The notes beneath the pieces were generated by a model that ran no database searches, was not told the DNA's origin, and was given only the letters and a program-made list of their open reading frames with translations. Made by a program: the position numbers and the translations under genes. A stretch of DNA of 64,000 nucleotides from a bacterium (GTDB lineage: Bacteria; UBA8248; JACPRG01; G963555815). Position 1 is the stretch's first letter. Each line of letters begins with the position of its first letter. The stretch is from positions 1,216,001 to 1,280,000 of the forward strand of contig CBDHDG010000006.1 in NCBI GenBank assembly GCA_965261595.1. The letters are read 5' to 3'. Shown in pieces: positions 9,873 through 19,960 of the stretch.

Positions 9873-11089
9873 CGTGAGACCCCGCGGACGGCGCCGAGAA
9901 GGCCGAGGGATCGGCCGGCGGCCTCAAAGGCGTCGAGGGCCCGCTCCAGGTGGACGCCTTCGTGGGCGGCGGAAACCGTCGCGCGGACCCGCGCCGTCCC
10001 CTCGGGAATAGTGGGGGGGCGGATGGCCCGGGCGAAGACGCCGTGTTCCAACAAACCTTCGGCCAGCTTCATGGCCCTGTCGGCGTCTCCCGCGATGACG
10101 GGGATGATGGGCGTCCCGTCTTGCGGGACGTCGAAGCCGACGGACCGCAGGCCCTCCCGGAAGAAGGCGATGTTTCGGTGGAGGCGGGCGATTCGCTCGG
10201 GCTCCGTCTCGACGATGCGGAGGGCTTCCCGGGCGGCGGCCGCCACAGGGGGCGGGAGCGCCGTCGTGTAGATGAACGACCGGCAGGCGTTGATCAGGTA
10301 ATCGATGAGCGCGCGTGAGCCGCACACGTAGGCCCCGGAGGCCCCGAGGGCCTTGCCCAGGGTCCCCATCTTCACGTCGATGAGGGGGTCCACGCCGAAA
10401 TGGGAGGCGGTCCCCCTCCCCCTCCCCCCTTCGCCCAGGACGCCCGTGCCGTGGGCGTCGTCCACCATGATGGAAGCCCCGAAGCGGCGGGCGATGGGGA
10501 CGATCCGGTCCAGGGGGGAAAGATCGCCGTCCATGCTGAAGACCCCTTCGGTGACGACCAGCCGGGGGGCGGGGAAAAGGGGGGAGGGGGGGTCTTCGAC
10601 GGGCTCGGCGAGGAGCGCTTCCAGGTGGTCCGGGTCGTTGTGCCGGAAGACCCGGACATCGGCCCGGCTCAGTCTCGCCCCGTCGATGAGGGAGGCGTGG
10701 TTGAGGGCGTCGCTGTAGACGACGCATCCCGGTCCGGCCAGGGCGGGGATGACACCGACGTTCGCCGCATATCCCGAGCTGAAGATCAGGCAGGCCTCGG
10801 CGCCCTTGAACCGGGCCAGGGCCTCTTCCAGCTCGTGATGGGACCTCTTGGCGCCCGAGACGAGGCGGGCGCTTCCGGCCCCGAAACCTTCCCTGTCCAT
10901 GGCCTTCTTCGCGGCTTCGGCCAGCCGGGGGTCCGAGGCCAGGCCCAGATAGTCGTTGCCGCACAGGACGACGGCCTCCCGTCCGGCGATCCGCCCGGTG
11001 GGTCCCGTGGGACCTTCGACGGGGAGGATGGACCGCATCAGGCCGGCATGCGCAATCCGTTCCAGGAGGGTTTTGAGGCGCTCTTCCAT
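9869..11089 (-). CDS. bioF: 8-amino-7-oxononanoate synthase
   Basis: NDYLGL, SGYAANVG, NHASLIDG, FSMDGD, DDAHGTG, TLGKALG, AIRPPT. Confidence 0.95.
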   Translation of the reverse strand: MEERLKTLLERIAHAGLMRSILPVEGPTGPTGRIAGREAVVLCGNDYLGLASDPRLAEAAKKAMDREGFGAGSARLVSGAKRSHHELEEALARFKGAEACLIFSSGYAANVGVIPALAGPGCVVYSDALNHASLIDGARLSRADVRVFRHNDPDHLEALLAEPVEDPPSPLFPAPRLVVTEGVFSMDGDLSPLDRIVPIARRFGASIMVDDAHGTGVLGEGGRGRGTASHFGVDPLIDVKMGTLGKALGASGAYVCGSRALIDYLINACRSFIYTTALPPPVAAAAREALRIVETEPERIARLHRNIAFFREGLRSVGFDVPQDGTPIIPVIAGDADRAMKLAEGLLEHGVFARAIRPPTIPEGTARVRATVSAAHEGVHLERALDAFEAAGRSLGLLGAVRGVSR

Positions 11090-11454
11090 CGGGGGGCTAC
11101 ACTTCGCGGTTTATCCGGTCAGGCTCTCCGCCCATATCGAACACGGCCTTCCGCCGAGGTCTTTCCGGCCGATCCGATCACCATTCTTGATCAAGATCGG
11201 ATTGAGAGGAAGGGGTTCGCGGGCATTTCACTGAAAATCGAAGGATGTTTGAGATGAGACCGTGAGCGATCCGCTGGGCGCCCCGTCCCGGTCCATCACA
11301 CGCCCAAGCGCAGAACGGGGTGTTTCTGCCGGGGACTCCCTCGCGTCGGGCAATAAATAGAAAGAAAACCCGTTCACCGGCCCATCCGAAGTTGAAAAAT
11401 CTCTTTGCGAGCCATTCATAACACATTGAAATAAAGTTCTTTAAATAATGGGGA

Positions 11455-12309
11455 TTATAAAGGTTTTGACACCAATTGAGTGAGATGTTGTACCACCAGG
11501 GGAAAGAGATCCTGGTGTCGGTGATTGTAACGGAATTCCATCTCCTTCAGGTAGAGGGGGAACCGCTCTTTGGACACCCCATGATGTTTGATGAGCCTCT
11601 CCTTGGCGTAGGCCCAAAAGCCTTCCAGGCCGTTGATGTGCACTTTGCCCCGACTGAAGCGCCGATCATGATCCACCCGCAAGTGGCGATAGCCGCAGAA
11701 CATCAGGGCGTCATAGACCCGGTAGCGGTCGGTGTAGACCACGCTGCCCCGACGGACCAACTTCACGGTGGAGGCCAAAAGGGTCTGGGCCTTGACGTTG
11801 CCGACCGCCTCCACCTTCACCCGGCCGCCCCGCTCCAATATGCCGAAAACAGGGACTTTACCCGCTGCGCCTCGGCCTCTCTTGCCCTTGCGCTTGCCCC
11901 CGAAGTAGGCCTCGTCCGCCTCCACCTCCCCTCGAAGAAGCTCCTGTCCCCCCGGCGTGCCGGCCACAAGACTGCGCCTGAGCGTCGTCACGGCCCGCAG
12001 CGCTGTCGGATAGCTCACGGCGAGTTGCTGGGCCATCTTGCGGGCCGAGACCTCCAGCTCAAAGAGCTTCACCACCCAAAGCCACTGCCGGGCCGAGAGG
12101 CGAAGTTGGCCCAGCCAGCGGCCCGTGAACGGCCCGAAGGTGTACCGACACCCAGCGCAGCGAAAGCGCCCCCGCGTGCCCAAAACGTAGCGTTTTCGAC
12201 CCTCACAACGAGGGCAGATTTTACGCCCGTTTTTCTGACACGCCATGAGCAGATGGCGTCTCGCTGTAGCTTCCGATTTTACAAGGACTTCAAAGCTCTT
12301 CAGGTCCAC
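11455..12309 (-). CDS. IS1595-family transposase
   Basis: Zn ribbon CPRC..CAGC, EADEAYFGG, KRGRGAAGKVPVFGI, YTD, HINGLEGFW, YLKEMEFRYN. Confidence 0.92.
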   Translation of the reverse strand: MDLKSFEVLVKSEATARRHLLMACQKNGRKICPRCEGRKRYVLGTRGRFRCAGCRYTFGPFTGRWLGQLRLSARQWLWVVKLFELEVSARKMAQQLAVSYPTALRAVTTLRRSLVAGTPGGQELLRGEVEADEAYFGGKRKGKRGRGAAGKVPVFGILERGGRVKVEAVGNVKAQTLLASTVKLVRRGSVVYTDRYRVYDALMFCGYRHLRVDHDRRFSRGKVHINGLEGFWAYAKERLIKHHGVSKERFPLYLKEMEFRYNHRHQDLFPLVVQHLTQLVSKPL

Positions 12310-12362
12310 GACACCAGCCTAATCCGGTGTCATATCTTTTACAATTGCCAAAATAATTATAG
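11455..12362 (-). mobile_element. IS1595-family insertion sequence
   Basis: Transposase flanked by imperfect inverted repeats TTATAAAGGTTTTGACA (11455-11471) and CTATAATTATTTTGGCA (reverse complement of 12346-12362); no clear target duplication, exact ends uncertain. Confidence 0.8.
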
Positions 12363-12414
12363 AGATTCCATCCAGACGGATCTGAAATATTATATATCTT
12401 TATAGTTATATTAC

Positions 12415-12443
12415 TTGATAATAAATCACTCAGGTTATATCTT
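12415..12443 (+). promoter_or_regulatory. Sigma70-like promoter of hsp20 inside an imperfect inverted repeat
   Basis: TTGATA-N17-TATCTT; flanked by CTTGATAAT...ATAATCAAG dyad. Confidence 0.5.
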
Positions 12444-12517
12444 AATAATCAAGAAGAGAGATAAACCCCGAACCCAGGATTGGACGGGTTTCGACAACCT
12501 CAATAAGGAGAAAAACC

Positions 12518-12958
12518 ATGACGCTGGTTAAATGGGGCCCCTTCAGTGAGCTCACGAACCTTCATCGGACTGTGGACCGCGTGTTCGGCGGCCGCAATCT
12601 CCGGAGGCTGGATAGCGGCATCCATGGCGGCTTCTCCCCTTCGGTGGACGTGTACGAGACCGAAAAGGAAATCGTCGTCGAGGCCGAGGTTCCCGGCGCG
12701 ATCGAGAAGGACATCGCCGTCGAGGTGAAGGAGAACATCCTCACGATCAGCGGCGAGCGCAAGAAGGAGGGCGAGGCCAATTACGACGACTACCACCGCA
12801 TCGAGCGGACGTACGGCAAGTTCCGGCGGGCGTTCAAGATTCCCGACACCATCGAGACGGACAAGGTGAAGGCGAAGGTGAAGAACGGCGTCCTCACCAT
12901 CCGCCTGCCCAAGGCCCCCAAGGCCGTCCCCAAGAAGATCGCCGTCAGCGTGGGGTGA
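12518..12958 (+). CDS. Hsp20/alpha-crystallin small heat shock protein
   Basis: PSVDVYET, LTISGERK, ERTYGKFRRAF, KNGVLTIRLPK; RBS AAGGAG. Confidence 0.95.
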   Translation: MTLVKWGPFSELTNLHRTVDRVFGGRNLRRLDSGIHGGFSPSVDVYETEKEIVVEAEVPGAIEKDIAVEVKENILTISGERKKEGEANYDDYHRIERTYGKFRRAFKIPDTIETDKVKAKVKNGVLTIRLPKAPKAVPKKIAVSVG

Positions 12959-12978
12959 TCCGGCGTCCGGGGTAAATG

Positions 12979-13017
12979 AAAAGGGGGAAGACAGCCGGCC
13001 TGTCTTCCCCCTTTTTT
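12979..13017 (+). terminator. Rho-independent terminator after hsp20
   Basis: AAAAGGGGGAAGACAG-ccggc-CTGTCTTCCCCCTTTTTT. Confidence 0.85.
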
Positions 13018-13137
13018 CATGATGACAGCGGAGCGCCGTGGGAGCGCGTATGTTGCCCTCAGCGATCCCCAGTTTTCATCGACCGTGCGGCGCGAGCGAT
13101 CGCAATAACAGGCGTTGTCAAACGTCTACCCCGAGCC

Positions 13138-13164
13138 GTCATTCCCGCGAAGGCGGGAATCCAG
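13138..13164. repeat. REP-like palindrome
   Basis: GTCATTCCCGC-GAAG-GCGGGAATCCAG, a widespread REP-type hairpin. Confidence 0.65.
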
Positions 13165-13364
13165 CGTTCTGCGCTGCGGGTCCATCCTACTGCCCCCGTG
13201 ATCATTGCGTTGAGAAGTATACGAAAGGGGGCAAATGGAGAAATGAGTTTGGTGTCCCCCTAATTCCCGCGGAGGAAGATAATTGGGTCTCATTTCTATC
13301 AACAAAAGACTTGACCCCTTTACCCTTACCGCGAAGGGTAAAAGGGCGAAAGGGCAAAGGGTAA

Positions 13365-15212
13365 TTAAGAAGCCTTGGCGCAACGAAAACCCAGGTGGAA
13401 GTTCCTGTAGTCCCGGCCGGCCCTGTTCCGGAAGGCAGTACGAAACCACGAGGGATTGTTGGCGCTCCACGGGCCGCCGCGAACCACGCGCCCCCTGCCG
13501 GACGCAGGACCCTCCGGGTTCCGGTTCGGGGCATTCCGGTAATAACCCTTCCCGTGCCAGTCCGATACCCACTCATATACGTTACCCGACATGTCCACTG
13601 CCCCATACGGGCTCCGGTGCGTGTTGTAATCCCGGTCCACCGGGTGTGTCTTGCCTCCGCTGTTCTTGTCCCAGATGACCTTCGAGCCGTCTCAAGCGTT
13701 CCCCCAGGGGTACTTCCGCCCATCCACGCCACGCGCCGCCTTCTCCCATTGCGCCTCCGTAGGAAGGTGCTTGCCCACGGACTTACAGTAATCCCGTGCC
13801 TGGAACCAAGTCACGCCAACCACCGGCTGCCGGGCGCCGTTGAATTTTGAGCCGTAATCTCTCTTCGGCTTTCCGAACCTCCGAAACCGGGCGTTCGTCA
13901 CCGGGTACTTGTCCATGTAAAACGCGTCCAGATACACACGGCGCCGGGGCCTCTCGTCGGAAGAGCCGTCGTTGCTCCCCCTAATGAATGAACCGGCAGG
14001 AACCAGGATCATCGTTTCCAGCCCGCTGCCGATCCGGTGCGGAATGCCGGGGCCAACGGCGACGCGGGGGCGGTCGGACTCGCGGGGTGACGGGCGGGGA
14101 CGGGGACCCGCCCCTACATCTTTTTTCAAGGCCGCGAGACGCCTTTTCTCTTCTTCGATTCGCCTGCGCTCCGCCTCCAGTCGCTTTCGCTCGGCATCAA
14201 TTCAGGCCTTCTCCGCCGCGAGGCGCTCGCGCTCCAAACCGGCCTTCTCGACTTCGAGCTTCCTGCGCTCCTCCGCCAGCCGGGCGCGCTCCTTCACCAG
14301 GTCAAATGCCGGCTTCTCCGTCGGGAGGAGGAAAACAAACTGCCCGTCCCCCGAGAGGTTCCCGAACTGGGGATACTGCTGCCTGCCCGATTCGGCGTAC
14401 GCCCGGTCGCGGACGTACTCGCCCAGATGCTCCAGAGACAGCCAGCCCCATCCCCTCCGGTCAGCGGAACCCTGAAGGCCCTTCAAGAGGACCCGGGTGA
14501 ACAGACCGTTCCCCTCCCGTTCCTGGGCGACCTCGCCCGCGCGGCCGGCGGTGATCACCTGGACGGCGGGACGGGATGTCAGGTCGGTCACGAGCTCGGG
14601 GTTCAGGAGTTTCTTGGTCCGGAAAATCGCGTAGCCCGAGTAGCAGGCGTCCACGGCGAACAGGACATGCTGCGCCCTCATCCGCTTTGCGATAACGGTG
14701 AGCTGGCTCATGGAGATCGCCGTCGAAAAGAGGTTCTTGGGATCGGCGTCGTAGGGGATGAGATAGCCTTCTTTCTCTTCGTCCTTGCCGTGGCCCGAGA
14801 AGAAGACGAACACGCGGTCCCCCGGCGAGACGCGCCGCCGTATCTCATCGCCCAGGAGACGCTCGATGTTCCGCTTGGTGGCCTGCCGGTCGAACAGCGT
14901 GAGGATCTGGCTCTTCGGAAACCCCAGGCGGGGAAGGGCGTCTCGGAGGTCCTCCGCGTCTTTGCGGGCGTAACGCAGCGTGGGGATGCTGGGGTGCTGG
15001 TAGCGGTTGACGCCGATGACGACGGCCCAGGAGTTCGAGTAGAGCCGCTTGCCCTTGTAAACGGGAGCGGGTTGGACGGTGATGGATTTGGACGTCTGGG
15101 CGAACCCGGCCGAAGCAACCAGGAAAACCCCTGGAATCAAAAGAACCAGTAGAATGAAAAGAATCGCCGGAATAAAAAAACCAAGCCCCGCCCGAACGCC
15201 TTCATGCCCCAC
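13365..15212 (-). pseudogene. Caspase-like (peptidase C14) + coiled coil + FGE-sulfatase (SUMF1) domain protein with two in-frame TGA stops
   Basis: ORFs 14202-15212, 13692-14129 and 13365-13640 share one frame; FFSGHG and DACYSG dyad; LPTEAQWEKAARG, DMSGNVYEW, RVVRGGPW, LGFRCA; stops at 14202-14204 and 13692-13694. Confidence 0.88.
14092..14117 (-). repeat. GTAG-type REP inside a coding linker
   Basis: Reverse complement GTAG-GGGCGGG-tccccgtc-CCCGCCC. Confidence 0.6.
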
Positions 15213-15542
15213 CCCCTGCCGGCCAACCCCGGCATGTCGGATTAGACAGATGAAATGTTAATGAAGTTCGGGGGAAACGTAAAGACGCCGGCGGCAGGAT
15301 ACAATCCTTGATTCAAAGGAGTGTGCCACTGGCAGCTTGCCTGCCGGCGCCGCCTTTCAAGATCGTCTATTGATTCGGAAACCTCCGCATCGCTCAAATT
15401 GGACCAGAAATTAAATGGAGCCACTGGCGGACCAGCCGCCAGTGGCACACTTTCTTGAAATGCGAGTCGCCTTTCCTCCATCCAACCGTCACCGCGCTTC
15501 AAGGAAGGGCGGAGTCGGGCGAACCGCACCCAGGCCAAAATC

Positions 15543-17927
15543 TCAGCCGGGCGGCTCGGCCTTCGCCAATTCGACGCGGCAGTCGTTGAAGGCGGCGGAC
15601 TCGGAGTAGCCGGTCACGCGGTCGGGCGTGAGGAGGTTCGCGGCCCCCAGCTCGGGCGAGCCGCCCGAATAGACCCGGACCGTCCCCGGGCGGGCGTCCT
15701 CGGTGACCCGGACTTCGATCCGCGTCTCCCCCCGATCGTTGAACAGCCGCACCCGGTCCCCGTCCCGGACGCCCCGGGGCGCGGCGTCGTCCGGATGGAC
15801 CCACGCGCGGTTGTACCCCAGCCGCAAGAGTTTCGGATGGTCGGCGAACGTGGAGTGCGCGCGGAAGATCGACTTGGGCGACACCAGGGTCAGGGGATAT
15901 TCGGGGCCGCCGGCCGCGCTTGCCCCCTGGACCGCCGGGGGGGCGGCTTCGCCGTCATCCGGCCACTCGGGCAGCGGGCTCGCGCCGCGAGAGAGGAGCG
16001 CCTCGCTGTACACCTCGATGCGCCCCGAGGGCGTGTCCAAATCCCAGGTGTCCTCGAGCGGCGGCATGTCCAGGTCCACCACGCCTTCGCGCTCCAGGCG
16101 CTCCATCGTCACATCCCGCATCCAGGGGAAGCGCGGGTCACGCCGGGCCAGGCCGACGACCTCCTCTATCCATTCGTCGGACGTCCTCCAGGGGAACTCC
16201 GCCCCGAACCCCATCCGCCGCGCCAGGTCGCAGATGATCTCGAAATCGTCCCGGCTCTCGCCCAACGGCTCGACCGCGCGGCGGGAGAAGAAAAGCTGAC
16301 GCTTGGGATTCAGGTGGAGAAGGTCCTGGATGTGCGTGGGCGCGACCTCCCCGCCCTCGACGATAGCCGTCCGCTCCATGAGGGTGGAGACCGGAAGGAA
16401 GACGTCCGCATACCGGGCGGTGGGCGTCATGAACAGGTCCGACACGGCGACGAAATCCAGGGCCTTCAGGGCGCGGATGGTCTTCCCGGCGTCCGGGTTC
16501 TGGCTGACCGGATTTCCCCACATCACCAGGAGGGCGCGCAGGTCCGTCCCATAGGCCTCGGGATTCAGGACGGCTTCCGCGAGGCGGTTGACCGGGAATC
16601 GGTCCTTGACAGGGTTGGGGACGACATAGCGCATCGCCGCGTCCGAGATCCCCAGGGTGTAGAACCGCCTGAGCCCGACGGGGTCCTCGGCGCGGGTGAG
16701 GGGCCTTTCGCGCCCCGGGGCCGCCATCCCGCGAATCCGGCCGGTGACGACGTTGAGGAGGGCGGTGGCCTGCACCGCGCCCTCTCCCCCCCGGTTCCGC
16801 TGGTATCCGCCCTGGCTGACCTTGACCTTGGCCTGCCGGGATTTTCCCAAAAGGGCGGCCACCCGCCGAATCGCGTCGGCCGGAACGCCGCAGACCGGTG
16901 CCGCGCGCCCCGCCGGCCAGGCCGCCGCCGTCTCGCGCAGCCTGAGATAAGCCGTGCGGGCGCAAATCCCGCCGGCGGAGACGGAGGCCGTCAGTGAAAC
17001 CCCCGCGTCCCCCGGCGCGTCCGCCCCGCCACCACCATCTCCCATCCCCGGCGAGACCGGATGAAGGACGCCATCCGCGTCGCTCACGAGACAGGCGTCC
17101 GATCCGCCCGAGGCGACGTCCCTTTCACGCAGGAAATTCCCCGTGTCCTCGCGAACCAACAACGGCGCGTTGGTGCGCCGCTTCAGGAAAGACTCATCCA
17201 CCCAGCCGTTGATGAAGATCTCGTTCAGCAGGGAGAGGGCCAGCGGGATGTCCGTTCCCGGCCGGATGGGCAGGTGATGGTCCGCCAGGCGTTGAACGGA
17301 CAGGGTGCGCACCGGGTCCACGAAGATGAGCTTCGTCCCCTTCCACCTGGCCCGTTTCAGGGACTGGGCCGGTCCCCGGACGCCCGTCTCCAGCGGGTTA
17401 TAACCCCAGATGACGACGGCGTCGCACTCCTCGTCCGGAGGAAGGGAGACGTGCCACGACCCGTAAAGCGCGGCGGAGGCCTGGACGTAGGCCCCCCAAC
17501 AGAGGTCCCCCCTCTCAATGGCGGGGACGAACCCTCCCCAGCGATTCAACAGGGCGTGGATCGTGAACTTCGCCCCCTTCACCCCGCCCGGCATGCTGTG
17601 CTGGCCGACGTAGTTGTAGAGCGCGACGGACCGGTTGCCGGAGCGGGCCTTGGCCCTTTCCAATCCTTCGGCCACCAGATCGAGGGCCGCCTCCCAGGAG
17701 ACGCGCTCCCAGTCGCCGGCGCCGCGGGCGCCGACCCGCTTCATGGGATAGAGGATCCGGTCCGGGTGGTTCAGCCGATCGATAAGTTGGAAGCCCTTGA
17801 TGCAGGGCGGGAACCTCAGATGGGGATGGGCCTTGAGCCCGACCGGATTGCCGTCGCGAACCTGGACCTGCAGGGCGCAGGGGTGGTTCCCGCAGTGGGG
17901 GGCGCAAAGTGTATTGCGAAGCTCCAT
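15543..17927 (-). CDS. Molybdopterin-dependent oxidoreductase (DMSO reductase family)
   Basis: N-terminal Cys cluster CAPHCGNHPC..CIKG, PDRILYPMKR, IRPGTDI, TPTARYADVFLP, RAHSTF, HPDDA..RG; start set at ATG 17927. Confidence 0.9.
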   Translation of the reverse strand: MELRNTLCAPHCGNHPCALQVQVRDGNPVGLKAHPHLRFPPCIKGFQLIDRLNHPDRILYPMKRVGARGAGDWERVSWEAALDLVAEGLERAKARSGNRSVALYNYVGQHSMPGGVKGAKFTIHALLNRWGGFVPAIERGDLCWGAYVQASAALYGSWHVSLPPDEECDAVVIWGYNPLETGVRGPAQSLKRARWKGTKLIFVDPVRTLSVQRLADHHLPIRPGTDIPLALSLLNEIFINGWVDESFLKRRTNAPLLVREDTGNFLRERDVASGGSDACLVSDADGVLHPVSPGMGDGGGGADAPGDAGVSLTASVSAGGICARTAYLRLRETAAAWPAGRAAPVCGVPADAIRRVAALLGKSRQAKVKVSQGGYQRNRGGEGAVQATALLNVVTGRIRGMAAPGRERPLTRAEDPVGLRRFYTLGISDAAMRYVVPNPVKDRFPVNRLAEAVLNPEAYGTDLRALLVMWGNPVSQNPDAGKTIRALKALDFVAVSDLFMTPTARYADVFLPVSTLMERTAIVEGGEVAPTHIQDLLHLNPKRQLFFSRRAVEPLGESRDDFEIICDLARRMGFGAEFPWRTSDEWIEEVVGLARRDPRFPWMRDVTMERLEREGVVDLDMPPLEDTWDLDTPSGRIEVYSEALLSRGASPLPEWPDDGEAAPPAVQGASAAGGPEYPLTLVSPKSIFRAHSTFADHPKLLRLGYNRAWVHPDDAAPRGVRDGDRVRLFNDRGETRIEVRVTEDARPGTVRVYSGGSPELGAANLLTPDRVTGYSESAAFNDCRVELAKAEPPG

Positions 17928-18168
17928 CGGCGTTCGCCCGCTCTCCCTTCCGCATCCCGGCTCGGGCCGGGCCGGCCGGCCTTGCCGGCTCCTCACGGCC
18001 GCGAAGGCCGCAGTCACGCTTGATGTGTTGATTCTACCGCAGTGGGCAGCGTCCGTCTCGACCGATCATGATCCGCGTCATGTTCACTGTGGCTCTCGGG
18101 GACTAGGCTTGCAACATGCGAACCGAATTCCGATTCACCGGCGTCCCACAGAATCATGGACCGGGTTG

Positions 18169-18942
18169 ATGGACTGGTTTGTGGGGTTGGGACCCATCGG
18201 GCAGGCGTTTATCGCCACACTCGGCACATATCTTTTAACGGTCGTCGGGACCTTGCCCGTCCTGTTCTTCCGGACCGCCCCGCGGCGGCTGATGGATGGC
18301 CTGATGGGGGCCGCCGGGGGCATCATGGTCGCCGCCTGCTCGTGGTCGCTCCTGGAGCCCGCCATCGAGATCGGGGGCGTCGCGCCCGCCGTGATCGGCC
18401 TGCTCCTCGGGGCGGCCGTCCTCTACGGGATCGATCAGGCGCTCCCCCACCTTCACCCGGAGTTTCCCGACGAGGCCGCACGTGAAGGACCGAAGGTCCC
18501 CTGGCGCCGCTCGGCCCTGCTGATGCTCGCCATCACCATCCACAACTTCCCCGAGGGCATGGCCGTCGGCGTCGGCTACGCCGGCGCGGACATCGGCGCG
18601 GCCACGGCGCTCGCCGTCGGGATCGGCCTTCAGAACATCCTGGAGGGTTTGGCGATCGCGCTGCCGCTGCGGCGCGACGGCATGAACCGGTGGAAGGCGT
18701 TCTTTTTCGGCCAGCTGTCCGCCGTCGTCGAGCCCGTCGCCGGAGTCTTGGGGGCGGCGCTGGCGCTTCTCTCGATCGCCTTCCTCCCCTACGCCATGTC
18801 CGCCGCCGCGGGCGCGATGCTCTACGTGGTGGTGGAAGAGTTGATCCCGGAAACCGTGCGCAGCGGCAATATCGACGTGGCCACGCTCGGTTTCATCGCC
18901 GGGTTCACCGTCATGATGGCGATGGACAACGCCTTCGGATAA
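18169..18942 (+). CDS. ZIP-family metal transporter (GufA/ZupT-like)
   Basis: AITIHNFPEGMAVG, GIGLQNILEG, SAVVEP, EELIPE. Confidence 0.92.
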   Translation: MDWFVGLGPIGQAFIATLGTYLLTVVGTLPVLFFRTAPRRLMDGLMGAAGGIMVAACSWSLLEPAIEIGGVAPAVIGLLLGAAVLYGIDQALPHLHPEFPDEAAREGPKVPWRRSALLMLAITIHNFPEGMAVGVGYAGADIGAATALAVGIGLQNILEGLAIALPLRRDGMNRWKAFFFGQLSAVVEPVAGVLGAALALLSIAFLPYAMSAAAGAMLYVVVEELIPETVRSGNIDVATLGFIAGFTVMMAMDNAFG

Positions 18943-18999
18943 CGGCGCGATGAAGCCGGCCCGCCGTTCTTTCCCCGGGCGTTCCGCTATAATCCCCGC

Positions 19000-19872
19000 A
19001 TGCTTGAATGGACCTTCATCGCCGAGACCTCGGCCCTGCTGTCCACGTTCTTCTTCGGCGTGCGGAACATCTTCATCCGAAAGGCGCTGCCGTACACGAC
19101 CTCCCTGGTCAGCAGCCTGGCGGTGACAGCGTTCACGGTTCTGTTTTTCATTCCCTGGACGTGGATACAGTGGCCGGGTCTTCCAATCACCTGGCTGGGC
19201 CTTTTGTGGCTGATCCTGGCGGGTGTGAGCGCCCCCGGCCTCGCCCTGCTTTTCTACTTCTCGAGCGTGAGCCGAATCGGCGTGGCCCGGTCCACCCCCT
19301 TGGCCAGCGTTCAACCCTTCGTCTCTTTGATCATCGCCGTCCTCTTTTTGGGAGAACGGCCCGATTTCCCCGTGTACATCGGGACCTTCCTTGTGGTCGG
19401 CGGGATAGCCATCGTCACCGGTGAAAAAGAGGAGTTTCGGTGGACGGCGCGGGAGATCGCCCTGCCCCTCCTTGCGGCGACCTTCTGGGGACTGTCGTCG
19501 ATCTTCCGGAAATTGGGGATGAGCGCGATTCCCTGGCCGACCTTCGGCGCGTTGATCATGTCCGCGGCCGGATTAGCAACACACCTTTGCGCCTACAGGA
19601 TTTTCGCCGGGCGGGCCGAACGATCCACGCAGGCGCGCGCGGCGCCTCTTCTGCTGGCCGCCGGGGCCTCCCTCGCCGTGGGCTTTTATCTGAACCTGTT
19701 CGCCTTCATGCGGGGGACCGTCGCGACCATCGGACCCTTGGGCAGCACGTCGCCGATCATGACGCTCCTCCTCGCGGCGATCTTCCTGAGAAGGCTCGAG
19801 AAGGTGACTTGGCGATTGATGATCTGCACTGCGGTCATCGTCGTCGGGTGCGTGCTGATCACCGCGTACTGA
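19000..19872 (+). CDS. DMT/EamA-family transporter
   Basis: Two hydrophobic repeats with AVLFLGE and AIFLRRLE motifs. Confidence 0.85.
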   Translation: MLEWTFIAETSALLSTFFFGVRNIFIRKALPYTTSLVSSLAVTAFTVLFFIPWTWIQWPGLPITWLGLLWLILAGVSAPGLALLFYFSSVSRIGVARSTPLASVQPFVSLIIAVLFLGERPDFPVYIGTFLVVGGIAIVTGEKEEFRWTAREIALPLLAATFWGLSSIFRKLGMSAIPWPTFGALIMSAAGLATHLCAYRIFAGRAERSTQARAAPLLLAAGASLAVGFYLNLFAFMRGTVATIGPLGSTSPIMTLLLAAIFLRRLEKVTWRLMICTAVIVVGCVLITAY

Positions 19873-19960
19873 CACCGGGACGGCCCGGCGGAGAAACCGA
19901 TGTAAGATGGACCGGCGGGGGGCTCGCGTTTTCCCCCCCCGCTTTCAAGGAGACTCCACG

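Noticed and set aside
11090..11450. BirA/BioR operator upstream of bioF
   Set aside because: No recognisable consensus; only a short TCTTGATCAAGA palindrome of unknown meaning.
13300..13500. Diversity-generating retroelement target (FGE/CLec C-terminus followed by a hairpin)
   Set aside because: No template repeat, reverse transcriptase or avd gene in the window; a remote DGR cannot be excluded.
13692..14204. TGA recoding (Sec, Trp or alternative genetic code)
   Set aside because: Many neighbouring genes end in TGA, and the two sites appear to replace different residues.
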